A DNA stretch of 64,000 nt from positions 806,001-870,000 of the forward strand of contig JBNJNM010000006.1 of assembly GCA_052426225.1 (NCBI GenBank). The letters are read 5' to 3'. The DNA is from Zancudomyces culisetae HAW-14-8 (Eukaryota > Fungi > Kickxellomycota). Within the stretch, counting starts at the first letter, position 1; the number at the start of each line of letters is the position of its first letter. Below, piece by piece: positions 1 through 13,536 of the stretch. The translations under genes were made by a program, and so were the position numbers. The notes below the pieces were generated by a model, which ran no database searches, had not been told where the DNA came from, and saw only the letters and a list, made by a program, of their open reading frames with translations.

Positions 1-2559
1 TTAAACGAAATGTTTTCGGCTACGGAAATACTGAGAATAGATACCAAACGAATGAAAGTTACCGATTCTGTACAAGAAGTAAAAATGGATGGAGAGTAAG
101 ATAGCTGAACTACACACTTTATTACTATATAGCAATACCCTTAGCCATAAACATGATCCTAGTATAACAGGGAGGGGAGGAGGAAGAAGTTTTAGCGTAT
201 AATTGATGTGTTAACAACTAACCATTTATTGGTAAAAAAAACTACAACAGTAGCAAAAACATCAAAAGTACATCTGTTGGTGGAGACACCTCCAAGAGTC
301 AAAGGTACGTGATTTATGCAAGATACTTGAAAACTCAGATTGTGGAATGATATAATGCTGATTTATGACTTTTTGTGTGAATAAACATGTAGTGTAATGT
401 ACTCTGAACTATGCAAAGCATTTGAAAGAATCGAAGCAACTACAAAACGGTAATATGAATCATCTATGTAGCAATACCAACTATAATAGTTGAATGACAA
501 AGAATTTTTAGTAATATGGTATTAATAGACTTTAAAGGCTTGTTGGATAAAATAGATTAGAGATAACAGAGATAATAACAGAATACTTTTCGACAATGAT
601 TGGCCATGGGGCAAAAGAACTGACACAGAGTGTATACCTGTGTGTTAACCAAGTAGGACCAGAGTATGAAGGCTTAGAGCTGGGGATTGGCGAAAGTATT
701 TTGATGAAGGCCATTGCTGGGGCTACTGGAAGGCAAGTGAGTAAAGTCAAAAGCGAGGCGAGTAAAGTGGGTGATCTTGGAATAATAGCACAGCAGTTTA
801 GAAGCAATCAGAGGACTCTAGTTGAGCGACCACGCCTATCGCTGAGTAAAGTATTTGAAACGTTTTACGAGATATCAAAGCTTTCAGGTTCGTCGTCTAT
901 GCAGAAAAAGGTTGATAAAATATCATCGTTGATTGTGGGCAGCAAAGACATTGAAGCGCGATATATTGTTAGATCGCTGGAAGGAAAGTTGAGGATAGGG
1001 TTGGCGGAAAAGACTGTTATAACAGGACTGGGGCAGGCGCTGGCTAGAAACTCAGGTACTAGCAAATTGAGTAGTGAAGAGATTGTGGATATGATAAAAG
1101 AAGCATTTACTCAGGTTCCCAACTACGAGGTAGTTATTGAAAATATTATGACTTATGGGATTGAGAACTTGAAGGATAGGTGCAAAATAACTCCAGGAAT
1201 ACCGGTAAGGCCTATGCTGGCAATGCCAATTAAGAGTATTGAAGAAGTTAAAGAAAGAATCGATGGCCAAGAAGCCACGTGTGAATATAAATATGATGGA
1301 GAAAGGATTCAGATTCATTACATCGATGGAGTGGAGAGAAAATCTTTTAGCCGAAATATGGAGAATAATACAGCCAAGTACAGGGATATTTTGGGAAAAG
1401 TACAGACCAAACAACCACAAGTCAAGAACTATATCATTGATGCCGAAGTAGTGGCGTATGATTACAAGGCAAACAAGATCTTACCATTCCAAGTGTTAAG
1501 TACTAGAAAGCGCAAAGATGACGTGCAAAAGGAAGATAGCAAAGAAAACGAAGTGGATTTGTTGGACAGTAAAGTGCCTGTCAAACTATTTGCATTTGAT
1601 GTATTGTATTTTGATGGAAAACCAACACTGCAAACATCGTTAAAAGAGCGTCGAGCATTGCTAGAGCGTGAGTTTGTTATTGATGACCATTTTGGTATTG
1701 TGGAATACAAAAACATCCAGTATAAAAACGGAAATGCTAAAAAATTCTTCAGCAACAAGCGTGGTGATGCTGATGAAGAATGTAGTGAGGAGAATGCAGA
1801 GAACATAGTGGACGAAAACATGGAAATAATAGAGTTTCTAAACAAATCCATAGGCGACAGTTGTGAGGGATTGATGGTCAAACTTCTAGGAAGCGAGGCC
1901 AGCTACTATGAGCCAAACAAGAGAAGTAGAAACTGGATAAAGGTCAAAAAAGATTACCTGGCTGCGAGTAGCGGTGTCAATGGCAGCGGCGGGGGAGGTA
2001 TTGGCGATAGTATCGATTTGGTTGTGTTGGGAGCTTACTATGGAAAGGGTAAACGGACAGGTTTCTATGGCGGATTTCTTCTTGGCTGCTATGATCCCGA
2101 TCGTGAGGAATTCCAGAGCTGCTGTAAACTGGGTACAGGATTTAGCGATGCGGATTTAGATAAGTTTGCAAAGGAATTGAAGCCACTGGTTGTGGAAAAG
2201 GTGCCATTCCAGTACAGTTACGATGTGGACCAGACTAAGCCTGATGTCTGGTTTGATCCCAAGGCAGTCTGGGAAATCAAAGCTGCGGATTTGTCACTAT
2301 CTCCGATATACAAGGCTGGTATTGGACTTGTAAGTTTGTACATATGTATTTGAAGGCTATTAATTCGTTTATTGTATAACAAAGAGTTATGTTATTAATT
2401 GTAAAAAAAAAACGATATAATATTGCTCTGAATTATTAGGTATCAAATGATAAAGGGATCTCATTAAGGTTCCCCCGGTTTATTCGGGAAAGACCTGACA
2501 AAACGCCTGAACAATCGACCAGTGCCGATCAAATAGCAGAGCTTTTTGAAGCCCAATAA
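1..2559 (+). CDS. CDC9: DNA ligase I (ATP-dependent), spliced, probably 5'-truncated by the window edge
   Basis: Motif [24 protein letters not shown] and terminal [11 protein letters not shown]. Exons inferred by GT-AG and frame: <1-95, 251-304, 393-449, 556-2329, 2440-2559 (TAA). Confidence 0.95.
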
Positions 2560-2686
2560 CCAAATGTTATGAAAACTTAGCAGTAGTATTTTTTAAAAAA
2601 GAAAAAAGGTGAGATTAATAATATTATGTTCAGAGGATTCCTTTTTTTTTGCATTGTTTAATGAATAATAAATAAAGCAATTCCGG

Positions 2687-5379
2687 TTATTGTAAGCTGA
2701 TATAAGAGCCGGATCGAGATATAGGAGAGTTGATTAGTGCATCTCTACTATCGTTGTAATGGCCAAAATGATTGCTGTGATAGCTACTTCCGTGGAATTC
2801 GTCATTAAATATACTATCACTAGCCCCTGGGCCGCCTCTGGCGTGACCATCACCGCTCCAGATACCGCTTACAGAAGGAGAGTTGCCGTATATCGACGAT
2901 TCTTCGTTTCCAAAGCTGTTTTCAAGTTTGTTCACAGAGATCGAGTAATCATTGTTCGCGGCTGAAGCTTTTTTGTGATGGCTTCTGTTTCTGGATCTTG
3001 CTTGGGCTTGTGATGTAAGATACTTGGTGTCAATGAACCAAGGACTGGTAATTATCTGAAGAGGTTGTTTGATTACTTGTATTTTGAGCGCGCCTACTGT
3101 GCTTGGCTCTCCGTCAAACGAGAAGAGTCCCTTTTTGGAGCCATTGGACCCTTCGACCGAGGAGTCTTGTTGAGCATCGCCGTTACTTTTGTGATCCTGG
3201 ACGTTGTTGATCGAGGCAACACTGTTTCGTGAAAAGAGCTTGGATAGTCTATTGCCCTTTTTCGCGGTGGCGGGTCTGCTACTCGGCGTATTTGTGGTAT
3301 TGGCTGTTCCTATCCCTCTTGTGCCACTTGGTTCAACTATCAAGGCCTGTATTTTTTCGTGGAAAATCCCGTTTTGGTTCATAAATCCTCCGCGCGTACT
3401 ATCTATAAGGTATGACATCAGAACCCACTTCCCAACTCCCTTCGCATACACCAAATCGAAAGCTCCGTCATTCAACGAAGCAAACTCTGATACCATAAAC
3501 GAATTTGATAGCCACGGTAGGTTGACCGCATTTACCGATACAAACGGCCCTTCAATGGTTTTCCATTTGGGCCCTAAATCCTCCGTCCTATTTACTGGAA
3601 CTGAAATGTTACTAAGTGGTTTGAATTCGATGTACTTGTTTGTAGCGTGCAGAGATGGCATCCTAGCCGCGTCATCTACACCTTGCTCTCGGCCTTCTTG
3701 CACGTCTTCATTCATCTTAATTGCATTCTGTCCTAGTGGACTGGGTCTGTGTACACCTCCACCATGCTGCTTGAGTTGGCTCGCACCCACTGCTTTCCAT
3801 CTAGAAGTTGGGCTTTTGCTTGTTTCCACCATCTCTGGGCTCACTTCTTCCTGCTCTCTCTCATCCTGGTCACCGATCACAAACTCGGCTTTCTCCCTTC
3901 TTGTTTCTTGTGCTGCGTCACCGGCGCCATTTTCGGGTTGCTTTTTTCGTTCGGCTGGCAGGTAGTGAATTCGACCTCCATATTGCCTCAATCTTAGCAA
4001 CCTCAGCATTCCATATAAATCAAAACGCGCCTTTCCAACTTTCTTGAGCTTCTCTGACTCAATGTCTATGTCTGCAACCATCCCCCATGTTACAGAAAGG
4101 AAACAAAAGTGCGTCTGCCCATCGTCCTTTGTAAATGCCAGCAAGTCCAATGCCTTCGATGTTCCCTTAACTATCGACGATGCTGCTAGCTCGGGCCATC
4201 CACAATCAACCGACCATGCAAGCCCGTTTCCTGATCCTTTTTGCCATTATTTAACATTCATTATTACTTTATACTTGCTACTTTTGATTTAATAAACCCA
4301 CATCATTCATCTGAAACTTACCTGTAGGAATAATTGCAAATGGTACGTCCTTGTATAGGTGATAATCCTCTCTCTTCATCAACCCATTCTACATATTATT
4401 CCATTTTGTTTTATCAACATCTCTCGCCATAATATATATTATTTTACATATATTTAAACTATGAATTTTTGCTAAGCTTACAATCATTTGGTTCAACGTC
4501 CCATCTCCACCAACCGAAATAAATGTAGTATACTTTGATAAATCCTCGCTCTCCATATATTCTTTTGCAAAATCCCTAGTTTTTGTTGCTATTTCATCGT
4601 TTTATTTCATACAAAATAGCTTTTATTAAACCATCTCTTCTACTACGCAAACAAACATATCCTTCTCCCCTCTCCTCTCTATCCCTTTGTATAAAGAACA
4701 TCAACTTTTAAAACCAACTATTTACTGTGCATTTTTCTTGATACTTACATATTAGTGTGTATTTCACCCTGCTAATCTTGAATATAGGCTCTACATGAGT
4801 TTCAAAGATACTCATTCCCTTTCCTGTACCCGAAAGCTCATTCATCATTATCAAAAAATGTCCTTTATCAACACTACCTACTTTTTTATTGTTGTTTATG
4901 ATTCCTCTGATCTCACCCACATATTTTTCCGCAAATATTTCATTAACAGCTTCAAACACCCACATATCAAATAATGGTTGGATTTTGTTTCGCAGACTAT
5001 TTCGCTTATTCTTTCCCTCTTCGTTTCTAGTTATTGTGAATATTGTAAATCTATTCGACTTTTCTACTCCGCTACACAACTCGGCAGCTTCCTTTATACT
5101 TTTGTAGCTTTTTCTGTTGTTTGTCGATAATGTTACTGCAAATATCGCTCTCTTTGATATTTCCAGTTTGTTCAAACTGTTTTCTATGATTAATTGGGAA
5201 TATTATCCTGTCAATACTTTGTAGCCGACGAAATATCTACATTTAAGCAAAGAATAAATGTTTGTAAATAAGGCTGGTATCTTACTTGTCATATCTTTCC
5301 AGTATATTCCTTCGGGTAGTACCTTGAACAGGCCCTCGGTAAGCCCCCTATCAGTAAACAAGTTTACTTTTTCCGCCAT
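2687..5379 (-). CDS. Sphingoid long-chain base (sphingosine) kinase, DAG-kinase catalytic family, spliced
   Basis: Spliced exons give NELSGTGKG, SVGGDGTLNQMINGL, IIPTGSGNGLA, TWGMVADIDIESEK and FSFDGE, the conserved SphK/LCB4-5 blocks. The first-exon junction is uncertain. Confidence 0.9.
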
Positions 5380-7607
5380 TTGTAACAACTGTTTTATCTC
5401 CCTCGTTCGCTTCTACTTTTTTTTTTTTAGTACTTTCTAGGTATTATTAGACAACTATGCACGAATTTGTCGTGTTTAAGACCGGTAGATAATTTCTTTG
5501 TGCCTATACCTGTCTGTCCGTGTATGTATTATGATGCTTTATTTCGTATGTGAAAGCTTTCGTACACTTTTTCCTTTTTCTGTTTTTCTGTTTTTCTCTT
5601 TTTTTTTACCTTTTTACTTTTTACCAATAAAACCCTTTTATTTTTTTACTTTTTTGGAATTTTGGCTTATTTTCTAATTTATATTATCTTTCTATTTAGA
5701 CAATAAGAAAATTGGACATTGAATTTCCGATTTAATTGTTACAAAACAAAACACTTGATTATACTTTATCTGGCTGCCACAAAACCCGGGTGCCAAACCT
5801 CCTGAATAGTTGAGAGAGGGTAACTGGTATATGATTTTTTTTTAAAAAAAAAGCTGTATTTATCACCACCACAGTGGGTCTGGTAATGGGTTGCCTTATC
5901 AAACTTTTAATACACTACTTTCCGTATACAACCTGCAATATACACAATCTATACAATTGTTTAAAATGCATTTTTTGTTCAAATTTGATTTAATTTAGTT
6001 CAATTGCACTTTGCTTTTTCAACCCCACATTCCATTCCCAGAAAGTAAAGTATTGTGACTCTAGTTATCCAGTTCAACATATTGCCATTTGCTAGGTTTT
6101 TAATCCAAACAAAAAGCAAAATCATTTTCATTCTGAAAATCCATATTGTAAAAAGTTATTAGAGTCAGTTTACATGTAGGATTAACTGTCATCAAACTGA
6201 TTTATCAAAGCAAGCCTTGGAGGAACATCCATACTAACCTCCTTTCTCTTCTCTTGCCACTCTCACTATCTCCCCGCTTTTCTCGAGAATTGCTGTCTTA
6301 GAATGGACATTTCATACGTTATCAGTAATTATACAGTAGTTTATTGCCTGGAGTTAATCAATTCTATCTCAATCTAAAAAAAAGCACAACTGAGAGCAGG
6401 TAAATGTAGCTCAAGGCTATAAATAATGCATGTTATGATTATAATCGCATACCATCTACCATTGTTTACTCATACATCGGCCTTCAGCTCCGAAAATACA
6501 GATTTTCGTCGTAATATGCTGAATAAAGCAAAATATATATTCGCAACACCCACATGTGTTCTAATTACACAGTATAAATAAAAATAACAGTGTTCACATT
6601 CTGAGTATAGAGAAAACTCACATCGTTAGTTAATTATAATAACAGGACGCAATACATTAAATGGGTGTAATGCCTTGTATCGTAATGGATTTACGAGTAC
6701 TGGGTACAAGTTATGTCAAGAGGGTTGAATTAATACTACTTCACACCTTTGTTATATGTTTGTATATTCTGCTTTTGCACCTAAAGCATCTAATTGCTGT
6801 AACATTTTATTTGTGTGACTAGCCTAATTCACCTTGGATAGCTACAAACATTTAAATATTCCTACTCTCTATATAACTATCAAAAAACTCAAACGATATG
6901 GCATCCATGTCAATATCTCCAAGCCTTTTCTTTTGTTTTCTTCACCCGTTTCTCCCCTTTTCCCCTCCTTCAAACTCCTCTCAACAAACATATATATATA
7001 TTTCATACAACCTCTTTTTTCTGGTGCTAGTTTTATACAGCCAATTTTCACACGCATACATTTATCCGAGGTGAAAGGTCAACGCAAATATATTCAGTAT
7101 ATCGCCTATACTTTACTTTATCTTGACTTTTATTCCAAGTTATGGATCTTAATCTTCGTTTTCACTTTTATTTATTTCCATCAGCAAATAGGGCTGGAAA
7201 GGAGGATGGAGCCTAAACACCTTTTAAAATAACGACTATTTTTATTATTAATGTTCTTATCTTGGAATATTAAGCATATTTCACCATTTTTTGTGCTTTT
7301 TATGATACTTGTGCAATTGAGGTTGTTTCCATCCAGCTAACAGTGGATTTATCACCTTATGCCCATCTGAAAGCCCAATATAAAAGGTGTGCCCTATTTG
7401 CAACCATTTTAACATATGAAAAGATACTACTAATATCTTGCAATTCTAACACCCACAAAATTTTTTTTGTGGTTTAGAATCAGCTTTGCTGATAAATTGG
7501 CTAGGTTTCAAAAATTTTGATAATTGTTTTCCCGATAGTAATATATGCACCCTTTGAGGCGTATTTACATTTTATTACTTTTACAAATTTAAAAAAAACA
7601 ATCCACA

Positions 7608-8428
7608 ATGTTAAAAAGATTTTGGAAGGAAGTTGGCAAAAGAGTCTGGATAGTAAGTTTTCAAGAATTTATATCCTATAAAGCACAATCTTTTTTTTTT
7701 AATCTTGAACTCAGCACCTTTTACCCTCACAAAATCTTTGCTAGATAAATACATGAATGATTATAATCAAATATGGTTTACTTCAAAGATTATGCAGTTA
7801 TTATCCTCGAGATGATAGAACTAAAAACATACTTGTATTGTATTAGAGAGACTATAAGGATTCAATTTATGCATCTGGAGCATACCGTGAGCCACCACCG
7901 GCAGATCAGCCAGCCTACAAGGTTCCAAAGACCGAGGCATCAGATCTATCTAATAATTCGTACATGAAGCGAGATGTGAGACGTAATTATCCAAAATGGT
8001 CGACATTTTCTCAATCCGACGTTGCGAACCTCTTGACTACAGCGGAGCCTGTGCCAAAGTACATACTTCATATTTGTTTGGTATATAAATAATACGATTT
8101 CGGGAAAAAACTATATCAATTATATGAATATAGCTACATATTTTCCAGTCGTGGAAATATAAATGTGTAGAACAAAGACTAAAAATGTGCAATCCAAACT
8201 ATCACAATAAATAGAATCGAGGAAGCAAGTGCAGACAAGGGAACTGCAGTTGAGCAAAGCACTCAAGTAACACGAAAGCTTGAATCAGTGATTCTCGAGG
8301 CAAAAACCCCACTTTATTCAGTATCTAATCTCCCACCCACACCAGGTACCAACTATACATACAGAATATCACCAGAACAAGAGGAAGAGCAACCAGGCCA
8401 ATACTACCCAACATATAAGGTTTATTAA
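7608..8428 (+). CDS. NDUFA7: Mitochondrial complex I accessory subunit (fungal 21.3 kDa/NUZM, NDUFA7-like), 3 exons, about 156 aa; absent from the ORF track
   Basis: Exons 7608-7652, 7847-8058 and 8215-8428 join in frame via GT-AG introns. Protein contains YREPPP...SDLSNNSYMKRDVRRNYPKWSTFSQSDVANLL and LPPTPG...YYPTYKVY, matching the family pattern I recall. Confidence 0.8.
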
Positions 8429-8561
8429 TAGCATTTTAATATGAAATAGGAGAAATATTTTATGTTTTACAAAATAAAGAAATGAAGCTTTGGTATATAC
8501 ACAGGTTAACGCTGTTGCTAATTGGTACTCGCTAAGGCTATCTAGTATCCAGTAATAAATA

Positions 8562-10472
8562 TTATAGTTCAGACCCCAACAACTCAAAATCACTAGAATA
8601 TAGATCGGATAATGTGGTTGCGTCTGAGAAAAGATTAACAAATGTGTCATTGGAGTATAGAGATGGATCAAATTCACAGTACGGGCTATTTCCCGATACA
8701 AGGGTTTGGAGAGACAGCGGTATGTCATCGTCATCGTCGTTGTCATCACCACCTGCTCCATCATTATTTTTGACGCTGCCATCATGACTGCTAGCATTTT
8801 CTGTGTCATCTTCAGAAAGTGTTTTACGTTTTACAGATCTTGTACGTTTTGGTTTTGGGCGTTGTTGCGAGGCTGAATCACGCGATTCGGGCTTATTAGC
8901 CAGCTCGGAATATATTGGACAACCCAGCATATCAACAACAACATCAGAGGGCCCATCTACAAAATAGTCAAAGACAGAATCCCAACCTGCAAACGATGTT
9001 GGTGTTCCGCAATTGATCAGCAAAGATTTCGCTGCACCCAGCTTATGTACACCAGAAGTGCTTGCCTTTACACACTTTGACAGTTCTCTCACAAGGCGCT
9101 TTACACCTGGGATTTTAAGCGATGTACCCATAACTATCAGCAGGTCTGGTTTTCGGCGCAAATCATATTCGCTAAGCGCTCCGATTATGTGCTATTTTTT
9201 ATAAAACGCGATTAGTCGCATTCTGGGTTTATTAGTATAATATAAACTTACCGCTTGGGGATGAAATTCATTGTACAACACAACTGCTGGCCGTAACACT
9301 CCAATGCTCAGCATCCTCTTTCCATCTTCATTCCGCCGTTCGGTTATTTCCAGGCAGTTAGGACATGGAACAACTTCTCCATTACAAAATTGATCGATGT
9401 ATTCGTCAGAAAACAAATACTGTTTATGGCAGACTGTACAGCTAACAAATTCTAAACTCCCATGCAACTGAACCACCTTTGTATATGTTTTGTCAAGCTT
9501 AAGAGCCCTCCGATGATTCCAAACTCTTTTATTTGTATTTCCAACCGTTCCTGCCGCGTCTCCTGTGTTCTGACATTCAGCTACCTCATGTTTTATCTCT
9601 ACTTCCTCACTTCTAGACTCATCCTTCGCTTTCACATCTCCGTATTCTTCTTGTTTTTCTCTACACCTCGCTATTTCTTCCCCTACTTCTTTTCTGAATT
9701 TTTCCAGAAAACTTGTACAAGACTTTGATTGATTAGTATTATCCGTAATTCCAGCATTTGTGTCGCCAATAAACTTCTTCATAAGTTCGTTTTTGCCCTC
9801 CAGGTGTGATTCCTTAAATATACTATCCATTTTATTTTCTGACTCGTCCTGATTATCTTTTTCTTCTTGCCTGAGCTCCCTATCTATAGATGTTGGATTT
9901 TCATCAACAACAACAACTTCATCATCCCCCGCTTCAACTAGAGTATCGTCGCTTTTTCTTCGCTTTCTCTTGCTCTCATTTAGGCAAAACGACGTTTGTA
10001 GTCCCGCGAGTTTCTCTAGATTGTCGATATTCTGTGTATAACACCTTAACAATCGCCCCTCCTGGTCCAATTTTTTAATAAATGTATGCGTCGGCGTACA
10101 TTCTGCCCGTTTCACCGTCTGTTTTAATTCACCCATAAAGTTGTAAAACAATTGGGTTTTTCGTGGGCTTCTAAACAAACTAGCATCAAATAAATCTTGT
10201 CCTTTTGCAACTTCCTTTGGGTATTTCCGCTTTAATTGTTCAAAAAGTCCATCCGGAGACCTAAAATCTGGGATTCCCGAAGAGACTGAGATCCCTGCCC
10301 CCGTGATCACAATACATCTCTTTGCCGCCTCAATAGATCTTTTGAAATTTGCCCAGTTTTCCAAAATATCTGGCTCCGATTTGATTTCATTGGTTTCTGT
10401 ATCTTTAAACAATTTATCTACATCTATTTTTATCGTCTTTCCCACCTTTGATTCATCACGTATTTTGTCCAT
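8562..10472 (-). CDS. NAD-dependent deacetylase, sirtuin of HST3/HST4 type; one 60-nt intron (9192-9251)
   Basis: GAGISVSSGIPDFRS, YTQNIDNLE, VQLHGSL, CxxC..CxxC zinc site, LRPAVVLYNE, DLLIVMGTSLKIPGVK. The intron joins the two track ORFs in frame. Confidence 0.92.
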
Positions 10473-11948
10473 ACTCAAGCCGTAATATTTTACGCTAACA
10501 CCTTCAATTTGTTGCTAAGTTTAGAATAGATACTGTTTGCTTGTCTATTGAAGATGTGTTTAATCGATTTTTAAATCGCTTTTAGGTATTTCGTAGTTTA
10601 TAGTTTTTGGAAGGGTGCTTATATTTTATTTTGCAAAGAACGTGAAATGGGAAATTCGTGAAATCCAAAAGTAAAAAAAATCTGCAAAATAGATTCTGTA
10701 TCCATTTTTAGCACCTCACACGGGCTGAAAAAATTCAGCTAATTTGTGCTTGACATACATCAGGCATTTTTATTGGTGTCCACGAGCAAGTGGGAATATT
10801 AAACATGATGCCCAAAATATTGTCGCATAGTATTCAGAATGCGAGTAAATAGTACTATCAAAACCTTCCAAGTGCGCAGGAAACTTGTAAAAACAAATGA
10901 TCTCCCAGTTTTCAGCTGGAATGATCATAATAGTTTGCTTTTGATTCGCTTTGTTGCACCAGAATAGACAACAGCTATACGAGTTATTGCCAATTAAACT
11001 AGTTTAGGTAATAACCAAATAAAATCTGTGAATAGTTCCGCCACACTACATTTTGTACTAAGAGCTTGAAAGGAAAGTTTTTATATTTCCCCACCATCAA
11101 CTCGGCTTATTATACTATCTTCACATTTTAATTCTTTATCACGTTATAGATCATTACAAAGCCTCTTGGTTGTAGCTAGGCTATTCAAAAGTAACCAAAA
11201 AAAAGCAGAAGGGGAGTTGATATGTGCGCATTTCACTACCATATCCTCTCCCTATCCCACTATATCTCTCAGAATGTTGTTTCTGCCTTGTATGCTGTAA
11301 AAGGTCAGGTGGATAAAATATCATTTATTGTCTGAACTATCACTATCCCTGGAGTTTTGATATGGCATGATTAGTTGCCCATAATACCAACGATGGTTGA
11401 AATAAAGATGATAAAACAACACATGTGAGTTGGTATGAGTTATATATTTTAGCCTTTTATATCAAACATACCTCTAAAACCAAGATAAACCCCCTTGTCC
11501 TGTAAAAAAAGGCCTAGTTTTTATCTGCAAAAAATTGTATTTTACTGCGATTGATGCTGTTGTGTACCAACTCTTGACCAACTAGTGTAATTATGATATG
11601 AGCCTATTTGTTATGATACAAGCACAATTGAGTGGTTAAATTATCTGGTAAAATAAAAGAAAAAGTCCTGAAACACAGTAGTAAATTGCTAGCTCGAAAA
11701 CGTGTGAACTTTCAAGCCTAAACACAATAAAACAGGTTCATTATTGCTGTTAAATTGACAAGATTGCGCTAATTAGCTTGCAATCATATTTCGTCAACAC
11801 CAATAATGCTGCCTGAAAATATGAAAAATTGGTGTAGGAAAACAAAAACACAAACGAAGCTCATTTCTATATTAAAACACTAAAAAGCGAACACACCTAG
11901 AGCCATCTCATAGTTTTCACAAATTTTCAAGTCTAACAGTGGGAGAAG

Positions 11949-13536
11949 ATGAGTTTAAGCAACAACAGCAACAGTACCATGGAGCCTAATCTAGTAAAAA
12001 GCGATCATGAAAATTTAGTAGAAGAAATAACTCTTTTCTTGAAGGAGCATAGCGGCTACGACATGATGCCGGTGAGTTGTAGCACAACAGTTCTCGATGC
12101 AAAACTTTTGCTTACCAAGGCCGTAACAGCGCTTATTCAAAACAGTAAGTACTCTTCAACTTGTGGATGAACTTTTAAATTCCTTCACGACTTTAGTCTA
12201 ATGTAGAATTAAATTAAAATAACTAACAGTGAAATACTTTGTTAACAGATATAGAAAATGCCCCAATTTACGATTCGAAAGCCCAGCAATATTCTGGATT
12301 GCTAACAACATTTGATTTGAATAATATCATTCATTTCTACTACACAGAATTCAGCTACCAAGATGCTCTGGAGGATACGGCAAATCTCAAATTAGATCGA
12401 TATTTGGGTAAAAAATCTCTTAATATGTTAATCTTATTTATGATATTTGAGGATGTATTCAATAAATGATATTTATATCTGATGAAAACGTGGTATCATG
12501 TAGAAATATCTAGATTATACCAGCAAAACAGTCCCACCGAACTAAAAAACTATCCGCTGGACTCGCTTTTTAGTATGGCTGAACGCCTGCTTTCATCAAA
12601 TAGTTCAGCAATTACTTTGGTGGACTCAGAACCAGGTACCAAAAAGGATGTTATTGTCACTACTATTTCGAAATACCAAATCCTCCAGTTTATAGCCACA
12701 AATGTAGGTTAACGTTCTTGATATACTCTCTCTTTTTTTACTCACTACCAGATATTTAAATACCATAATTCGAGTTGGACATAATGTTAAAGTTAAAAAA
12801 CATATTTACTCTCATCACTAAAGCAACTATGATGATTACTGTAGTTAAAGGGAAAGGAACTGATGAAACAAAACACAATAACCGATCTTGGGATTGGCAG
12901 TTTTGGGAAACTTTACACGGCAACTATGGATACGCCCATAATAGATATCATCAAGATCTTGGTTGCAGACTCGGTTTCTTCTGTCTTGATTCTTGATGAC
13001 CAAGGTGAGCCCCCTTCCCCATTTTTGGGGTTTAATATGTAATAAAACCTATTTTGGATAGTCTCGATGTTTCACTTATTGTGCTCTACAATATCAACAC
13101 TCTAACCATTGTACAATTTTGTGTATATTTTTTATAGGCACTTTGCTGAATGCTTTCACCAGGTCAGACGTAATTGTAAGTGTATTTCAGGAGGGGTGCA
13201 TTGCATCTCTACTATGATATAATTAATCTCCTATACTCTACATATTTATGGGCCATGGCGTATTGATTTTGAAATAAATTTTTGTACACACGATAGTTTT
13301 TGGTCAAAGAACAGCTTTTAACCGAACTTACGCTGCCAGTATCACGAGCGTTTGATCTTAGGCCAGAGGATTATGTAGGAATACATACTTGTGGAGTGGG
13401 CGAGAGTCTATGGTCAATCATGAATTTTCTGCGCAAGAAACGCATCCACCAGATCATTGTTGTTGACAAAGACACTAAACCCCTAGGCGTGATATCTCTG
13501 AGTGATATATTAAAAGCGCTTCTTTATGTTAACTAA
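11949..13536 (+). CDS. SNF4: AMPK/SNF1 gamma subunit (4 CBS repeats), 6 exons
   Basis: FLKEHSGYDMMPVS..VLD..LL..KAV.ALIQN, APIYDSK..YSGLLTTFD, LGIGSF..L.TATMDTPIIDII, GVISLSDILK. All exons join in frame with GT-AG introns. Confidence 0.88.

Noticed and set aside
3204-3965. 253-aa + strand ORF, and similar long antisense ORFs such as 32939-33823 and 60586-61131
   Set aside because: They lie antisense to well-conserved genes and have no recognisable motifs; they are shadows of biased coding strands.
5990-7300. Several exon-like AG...GT segments on the minus strand
   Set aside because: I could not assemble a consistent, recognisable reading frame; RNA-seq is needed.
11320-11365. FIV*TITIPGVL, resembling TM6 of the 7TM family
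   Set aside because: A single short match without convincing colinear anchors; too weak to call a sixth relic.
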